Assembly: GCF_009914755.1 (NCBI RefSeq) | Contig: NC_060933.1 | Source of the DNA: the human T2T-CHM13v2.0 reference genome, Homo sapiens | Strand: one strand, 5' to 3' | Length of the DNA stretch: 64,000 bases | Shown here: in pieces, positions 49,022 to 64,000 of the stretch | How the letters are laid out: every line of letters begins with the position of its first letter | How positions within the stretch are numbered: position 1 is the first letter of the stretch | Notes under the pieces: model-generated | Database searches by the model: none | The model's input: only the letters and a program-made list of their open reading frames with translations | What the model was told of the DNA's origin: nothing | Translations under genes and position numbers: made by a program

Positions 49022-49439
49022 CTATAGGATTTTTCAATTTGATTATTAACCCTCTAGCTTGGAAAGTTATTGTCCTCAAAACCATGTTCTCATGAAAAAT
49101 GGCAACATAGTCTGCTCAATAATGTCAGAACAGATTTTTCTTTCCTTTATCCCTTTTGCAATGAGAAGTCGTAATCCCTGCCTTTGGTGAAGTTAACCTT
49201 AAATTTCAAATCAGTAGGATTCAAAGCTCTTCAGAGAATTTCTGAATAACTCTGTAGTCGCTCCCTTCCCTGCTGGCTCTTTTCTGCCTTGAGGCCCCCA
49301 CCTGAACCCCCAATCTCAGCACCCCTATCCTGTCTGCCACATCTCATGGCATCTCTCAGCTGCCTCCCTGCCCATCTACTCACCCCAAGCCTAGAGTGGT
49401 CCAAAAACAGAGAACCAAGCTTGGAGACAGAGGGTCCTG

Positions 49440-49620
49440 AAAGGGAATTCCTCGCCCCCCACCCCCCACCTTACTAGATTGACCTTGGGCAAACCACTGC
49501 CACTCTCCGGGCCTCAGTTTCCTCACTTATAAAATGAGGATAATAACAGTCTCTCAAGGTGGTTTCTTGGACTGAAAGAGGAGAACTGAGATAGGGTAGT
49601 AAAGTAATTAACACAGTGTT
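49440..49620 (+). mobile_element. MIR
   Basis: Core GACCTTGGGCAA...GCCTCAGTTTCCTCACTTATAAAATGAGGATAATAA. Confidence 0.85.
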
Positions 49621-49840
49621 TTAACTTTGTGAACATTGTTCCCTTTCCCTTTTTTGCCTGAGGCATGTTGAAGGCCCTGTCTGAGGTCAGCAGGTGCTGG
49701 GAAAATAACACCCTGACTAGAGATGCATCCTGGACAATCACAGGGCAGCATGGACTCCAAAAGTAATGTTCTGTGAAACTCTAGTCCAATTATGGCCCAA
49801 AACTCCAGGGTCCAAGAAAGACATCATCATGGTATTTCTA

Positions 49841-51421
<1,581 letters not shown>

Positions 51422-52135
51422 AACCCAATTATCTTTTAACTCAACAATTCTCTGTCTACCAGGAGACTCCTAGAACCTCTTCTTTGTGTCTTTTTTCATT
51501 TGAAATCTTTCCTTTGAAATCAGGCCTACTTTAGAAAGACGAAAAAAAAAATCAAAATACAAAACCTTCATTTGTGAAAAATGAAAGAAAAGGAGAAGGG
51601 ATTTTTCTCTAGATTTAGCTTTTCTCAGTAAGGAAATATTAGACCATCAGGTAATCAATCTTGGCTACACAGTTCAAGCAAAAAACAAAACAAACAAAAA
51701 CCATAGATTGCTTAGCACTGCTGTATCCCTAGACGAATTCTACCAGCTTTTACATTGCTATTACTCCCTTCCCCATTGCAGCCATTTAAGAAAATTTCTA
51801 TTTGGGAAGATAGAACAAAGCCTATCTTTATGCTGTAAGCAGTGCCTAGCTCTCAGATTTGGAGGAGGGGAGAAGAGAAAGGAATAATGAACAAGGAGGA
51901 GGAGAAGGTGGTATTTAGTTTCTGCTTAAATTTCACTTAGTAAGAATTTCTTCAGTGTCAAATGGGGAGGCATCCTTAGGATTTGCAGTTTGTTATATGT
52001 CATCCAATGTTTTCAGATACATTCTTTGGAATATATTCCTCTTTTTTCGATAGGTATATTCACATAATAATACATTAGCAGGCATTAGGAACAGCATGGA
52101 CTGGAAGGTCCACGATTGTACCAGGCTAGAGCTAG

Positions 52136-53218
<1,083 letters not shown>

Positions 53219-53685
53219 CTAGGAAGCTCTTTCATAAGGAGGGAATATTCTATTCCCCATCATCCTTTTGGATTGAAGATAGCAGCCAAGATGGTATTAG
53301 GAAAAGGTGGGAAGGTAGTGATGGTGGTGGTGGTGGCAGGTGGAAGGGATTAATGTTGAGAATTGTTATTTCCATTGCAAAAAGAGCCTGATGTGTTTTA
53401 TGAATACTATCATTCTCAGTTCTTGAAAAATACTCTGATAGGACACTGCCTAGTTCTACAATCTCAACAGATAATTAGTAAGTACCCCAAGTTGGAATTA
53501 GTTTCACTGAGTTTAGCTCAGAGGTCTGTATAGAAAAAAAAAAAAAAACAGTTCTTTCACAGGTACAAGGAATGGTAGGGAAGCAGCCTCTTCTTAAGTT
53601 GGCTTTGGGACCCAGAAAAGTGCAAATAGTTTGCAGTTTGCTAGTGGCTAGATGGCGTCCAGCAAGCCTTTAAAATAAATAGAAT

Positions 53686-53724
53686 AAATAGGCCATACCG
53701 TCCTGAATGCGCCCCATCTTGTCA
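53686..53724 (+). pseudogene. Tailless 5S rRNA retropseudogene fragment (5S nt ~7-39) with 15-bp TSD
   Basis: GGCCATACCGTCCTGAATGCGCCCCATCTTGTC vs 5S GGCCATACCACCCTGAACGCGCCCGATCTCGTC (28/33). Flanked by TAAAATAAATAGAAT at 53671 and 53725. Confidence 0.85.
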
Positions 53725-54537
53725 TAAAATAAATAGAATTTCTTTAGTGAAGCATTTTCTCCCCAAAAGCTATGACAATTCTTTTAGGGGCTAATGGCCT
53801 TCTCATCGAAGTCCAGCTGTACACCTCTCATGGTCCTCGTAGAATTCAAACTCCTGGGCTGTTGGTCCTTAGTAGGTGGACATTGTCTAATCCCTTACTC
53901 ATCAAGATTTAGCTGCCCCATATCCACTTTCAAGGATGGGCGTGTATGCGTTAATGAAAGTTAAAGTTTTCAAGCATAATCTGTTCCAGGTAACAAGTTA
54001 TCAGCCAATATGTTTATTTAGATCTACCAAAAAATACAGTTCTCTTCTAGGTATTGAGGACATAAGGAACTATTACATAAATGTTAATTCTTCTCTCAAA
54101 ACATACAGGATAGCCAGGAATCCAAAACTCATACTTTAAATTATAAGTAATAGTAGAAGACTATCACAGAATATATGCTACGGATCAAATAAGGGTTAGC
54201 TTCAGAGAGCGCTGGATGAACTAGTGAGGCCATGTGACTTGAAATGGTGTCATGAGTGTCACTGAGTCTTGATGCTGTGCTCCTGGAAGAACACAACCAA
54301 ATGAAGACAATTTTACTCGTGGAAAATGGCTCTCCTATCTACGCAGGCTAAAAAAAAAACCACAGATATATCTTCATGAAAAATAATCTGGCCGTTGTGC
54401 TAGGCCTAAGCAACTGTTTCTGAACTTTTCCAGTAATACTCGTTTTCTACGTGTTAATTATTTCCAAATACTTATTAGCACTAAAGGTATAAAAACTTAT
54501 GGCATGAAAATTTAAATTTAAAAATTTCTATTTGTTA

Positions 54538-56150
<1,613 letters not shown>

Positions 56151-56954
56151 TAACCACAGCTGCACTAATTTGGGGAGGAGGTAGAAGTCAAGCTGTTTAT
56201 ACACTTACCAAGCTAGTTCTTTCTTCCCCCTCTGGCTCTAGTTCAGAATGTGTCTCTTCAGCAAAGATCCCTAGAGGACCAGAGAGGGGAATGACAGGAG
56301 CTGTGCATCAGAACTCTTCTCTGAAGCTCTCATATTTGAGGACACTGTCAGCCAATGCTACTGCTTTAATATTAGCGACTGACACTAATAGGCGAAGGAG
56401 AGGCAAAGGAATACAGTCCCAACAGAGCCCAACAGTAGACTGGCTGTACCTTTGTAAATATTGAACTAAGAGCCATAAAATATTTTACCTTTCCTAATTC
56501 AATAATCCCACTGTTGGAACTGCATCCTGAGAAAACAATTCAAATTAAGACAAGAGAATTCTAATGATACCTACTGCCAATATCTTAGTATCTGAATGCC
56601 ATTACCCATGAGAAGGTACCAGAGCTCCTTGGAGACATGGCTGATTCAGATCTGGGGCAAGGAAACCTCGTGGTGTGTGTCAGAAAGGAAAATGATACTT
56701 AGAGGAGGAACGGTTTTGGGTAGAGAGGTGTTGAATTCTGTTTTGGATTGAGCTGTAGGTACCCGGGAGATGTACAGCTGGAGATGATCAGTGGTACTAT
56801 ACAGATTTGGGTGTTGATTTATACCTGTGTATCAAATCAGATAATCAGTGTTGAAAATTTTCTTGTGCCACCTTGCAGAAGAATTCTCTCTGATGCTTGG
56901 CGAAAATGCAGATTTCTAGGTCCCACCTCAGAGGATGAGGCAACTGCATTTTAA

Positions 56955-57583
<629 letters not shown>

Positions 57584-57629
57584 TCCAAGTGACTTTTTAA
57601 AGCACACATTAGCTTAAGAAATACTTACT

Positions 57630-60504
<2,875 letters not shown>

Positions 60505-61579
60505 CTACGTTTTGACAGAGTTTTATATCTTCTCATTTGTAGATGTGCACTTTAATACAGACAGCTACATGATGAGCATGTAATACTGACTCAAGGCTCA
60601 GCAGCTCTGTTAGTTGAAATAGTACACATCTGTACCCTCTACTTCAGTTGTTCAAATGTCCCTATAAAAATAGTTATGAAAAAGTGGCTGTTCTCACAGG
60701 TACACAGGCAATCTTAAACATCAATGAGTTGGCTGTTTTCCCCTTTAGCCTAAGAATGGCCAGTCACACTTTGGAAGTTAGGCCAGCAAATCTGGGAATG
60801 CAAATAGAGTCAGAAACCTGGAGTGCTTTTATTCCCTTCACAGACTCATCTAGCAAAATAGATTGCTTTGCAATTGTGAAGAGGAAAAAAAAGAATAAGG
60901 AAGAAAAGAAGAATGTGTTGGCTTTGTGAGCCCTGGTTTGAGTATAGGATGATTTCTTTTTTTTTTTTTTTTATATGAAAAGTGGGATCTTAATGGACGC
61001 TCACAGTCGGCTCAGGCAGCCTCTGAAAGCTCCCCTTGTCAAACAGCACCCGAGATAGAAGGACCCATTGTTTTCTAAAACTAGTTACCACTCTTCCCTT
61101 TATCCTTTCTTTTGTACCTTTTAGCGTTTGCTTAATCAGAATATTTTAATCCCTAATGTGGTGACTCGGTGTAATTTATCTCATTAAGCCTCTCCTATTT
61201 TCTCCTGTTTACATGACTAATATTATTGTGTTTTATAGAGCTTATACCAACAAATCACTCCTTTGTCCCATTGTTTCAGCTCCAGGCCAAAAACCAACAA
61301 TGAAGTTTTATCTTTCCAATCTTAGACCTCACCTACTTGTCATTCAGATTGTATAGATTGCATGAAGAGCATGTTCCTTTGAAAACAAAGCAAGGATTCA
61401 TTTTTATGACCTAAAAACAAACAATTACCTTTCTCAAAGGTCCTGGTCATCTCTTTTTATGAGTATAGACTGGCAAAGACTCACCTTAGAAGAGGAAAAA
61501 AGTATATACTTCCTTGTGGGCTGAAAGCCCAAAGTCCCCTAGCAATAATGCCCTGCTCCCTAACTTATATTTCTTTCCT

Positions 61580-61850
61580 AGAGCATAGAATATCCAGAAG
61601 CAGAGAATCTGAGCAGTGGAGGGCATGTGGCAAGGTTATCTCATCCAAACCCCTGCCCTTCAGCAAGACCACACCCAAGCCAGACAGAGGAGAATCTATC
61701 TTGTTTTTCAACGCTTACAAAGCAGAGCCTTCTTTGAAAGTCCCATATTTGAAATACCATGTCAGAAAATTTCTTTTCTAAAAACCCAGCCTAGTAAAAG
61801 CTTTTCTTGTCATTTTCTCGGTTACTCTTTTTCTTTTCTAGGCTGAAAAT
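61580..61850 (-). mobile_element. Possible L3/CR1 fragment
   Basis: CATAGAAT...GGTTATCTCATCCAAACCCCTGCC and TGTCAGAAAATTTCTTTTCTA resemble an antisense CR1 3' end. Confidence 0.4.
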
Positions 61851-61907
61851 AACCAGTTACCATCCTCAGGGAATCAACAATTTAATGAGCAATAACTTCT
61901 GGTGAGG

Positions 61908-62090
61908 CTGTGGTTCTCAAATGTTAGCCTGCATCAGCGTCACCTGGAGGGCTTATGAAAGCACAGATCGCTGCACGCCCCCAGTTTCCGATCTCAGAGG
62001 TCCAAGGAGGGCTCTAGAATTTGCATTTCTAGAGAGTTCCCAGGTGATGCCGATGCTGTTGGACTGGGGACCCCACTTCAAGAACTGCTG
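61908..62090. mobile_element. MER5A
   Basis: GTGGTTCTCAAA...GCATCAGCGTCACCTGGAGGGCTT...GAATTTGCATTTCTA...TTCAAGAACTGCTG. Confidence 0.88.
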
Positions 62091-62359
62091 CTATCAGTGC
62101 TTGGAAATCTGAAGGATAGAAATATGCAGATGCCTAAGAGGTGGGAATAAGTGGAGTTAACAAGTAAATGGGTTAACCTCCATATGGAAAGTGCCAAACG
62201 CCCATCACATAAGCCCTTTTCTAGCTCAAGGTGCAGTGTGGGAGGCCGACGTGAACAATAGTTTAGGATGTTAGCCATTCACACCAAGAACTGTGTGGGC
62301 ATTGAAGGGGAGCACAGCTTCCTGCAGACCTGAAAGCATCAGGAACCATTCCTGGGTGG

Positions 62360-62590
<231 letters not shown>

Positions 62591-62604
62591 TCCTGGGTAG
62601 ATCC

Positions 62605-63032
62605 TTTTTTTTTTCTTTTTTTTCTTTTGGAGATTCCTCTTTGAAGGTTTTTTGTTTTGTTTTGTTTTATTATACTTTAAGTTCTGGGATACATGTGCAA
62701 AACGTACAGGTTTGTTACCTAGGTATACACGTGCCATGGTGGTTTGCTGCACCCATCAACCCATCATCTACATTAGGTATTTCTCCTAATGCTATCCCTC
62801 CCCTAGCCCCCCACCCCCCAACAGGCCCCAATGTGTGATGTCCCCCTCCCTGTGTCCATGTATTCTCATTGTTCAGCTCCCACTTATGAGTGAGAACATG
62901 CGGTGTTTGGTTTTCTGTTCCTGTGTTGGTTTGCTGAGAATGATGGTTTCCAGCTTCATCCATGTCCCTGCAAAGGACATGAACTCATCCTTTTTTATGG
63001 CTACATAGTATTCCATTGTGTATATGTGCCAC
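62605..63032 (-). mobile_element. L1PA 3' end (5'-truncated)
   Basis: TTATACTTTAAGTTCTGGGATACATGTGC through CCAGCTTCATCCATGTCCCTGCAAAGGACATGAAC. Confidence 0.93.
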
Positions 63033-63787
63033 ATTTTTGTGGATTTTTCAAGAAGAGAAGGTTTCCAGACAAAGGGGCAAGGCGAGGCATGTGCTCTTCC
63101 AGCAGCAGAACAGCGTGGAACTGAGGAGGGGATGTGGAGTGTTCACAGAGCAGCAAGCCGTGCAAGTGTCCCCAAGGGGAGCGTGCAAGTGAGGCAGTGA
63201 GGACAGGGTGCAGAGGTGGGCAGGGCGAGATCCAGGGAGCATGGCAGCGCAGGGGGAGGAGTCTGGGCAATATTCTGAAGGCTTCTTTGACATCGAGGAC
63301 AGAGGAAGCTTCGCTAAGACTCCATATAAGGGGTCATCAGAGAAAAAAGAAGCAGGAACACAGCTCTCCCCAGACCTCTAGGTCCTCCGTGGTAGGACTT
63401 ATCTGCCCAGTTCACTCTGGTTTCCCGCTGGTGTCAGGGCCCTGCTAGCCTCCTAGCCTAGGTGCAGGACTCGGCTTTCCCTTTCCTTTTAATTTCGTTG
63501 AATGATTTGGGAATTTCATAGAGGGAAATTTGTAAAGACACTGGGCAAACATAGAACCAAAATGAACACAAAGAGAATACATGGGTCTAGAGATAAGGCT
63601 TCTAGCTCCACCTTTTGCAGGCTACATGGCCTTGAGCATGTTACTTAACTCCATGTGCAGCTGTCTCTGTATTTAAATAGGGAGCTTATCCCCTAACAAG
63701 ACCCACAAGACCTTATAGGGCCCGGCACTCCCTGCTGTTTTCAGCCTGAGCTCACACTCACTGACTCTGCCCCAGCTACATAAACCT

Positions 63788-64000
63788 CTTTTATTTATTT
63801 ATTTGTTTATTTGAGACGGAGTCTCACTCTGTCACCCAGCCTGGAGTAAGGTGGCAAGATCTCGGCTCACTGCAACCTCTGCCTCCTCGGTTCAAGCACT
63901 TCTCTCGCTCAGCCTCCAGCGTAGCTGGAATTACAGGCACTTGCCACCACGCTCAGCTAATTTTTGTATTTTTAGTAGAGACGGGGTTTTACCATCTTTG
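63788..64000 (-). mobile_element. Alu running off the window edge (MIR fragment at ~63590-63710 before it)
   Basis: (TTTA)n plus antisense Alu. Confidence 0.92.

Overview
Human (or great-ape) genomic DNA covering the 5' end of TLE1, the Groucho/TLE corepressor gene, on the minus strand. Five coding exons can be read directly, all with canonical GT-AG boundaries: 34287-34310, 33404-33504, 31903-31966, 31746-31790 and 48-110 (24+101+64+45+63 nt). They splice in frame to [99 protein letters not shown], residues 1-99 of the N-terminal Q (tetramerisation) domain. A ~3.5 kb CpG island (about 33.2-36.7 kb) holds a bidirectional, CCAAT-rich promoter, a long uORF-containing 5' leader and a probable divergent lncRNA first exon. 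The rest is the 31.6 kb intron 4 and ~28 kb of upstream DNA. It carries roughly 65 Alu copies or fragments (counted by eye) plus L1, L2, MIR, MER2 and MER5, and several repeat-free islands with developmental transcription-factor motif clusters. Almost all entries in the ORF track are Alu, L1, microsatellite or GC-rich artefacts. I found no evidence of a wholly new biological system. The best leads are a candidate alternative or poison TLE1 exon at 19.7-20.0 kb, an RBPJ/RUNX motif cluster in intron 4, TCF sites suggesting Wnt feedback, and a tailless 5S rRNA retrocopy with a 15-bp target-site duplication (TSD). Repeat boundaries and subfamily calls are by eye and approximate.
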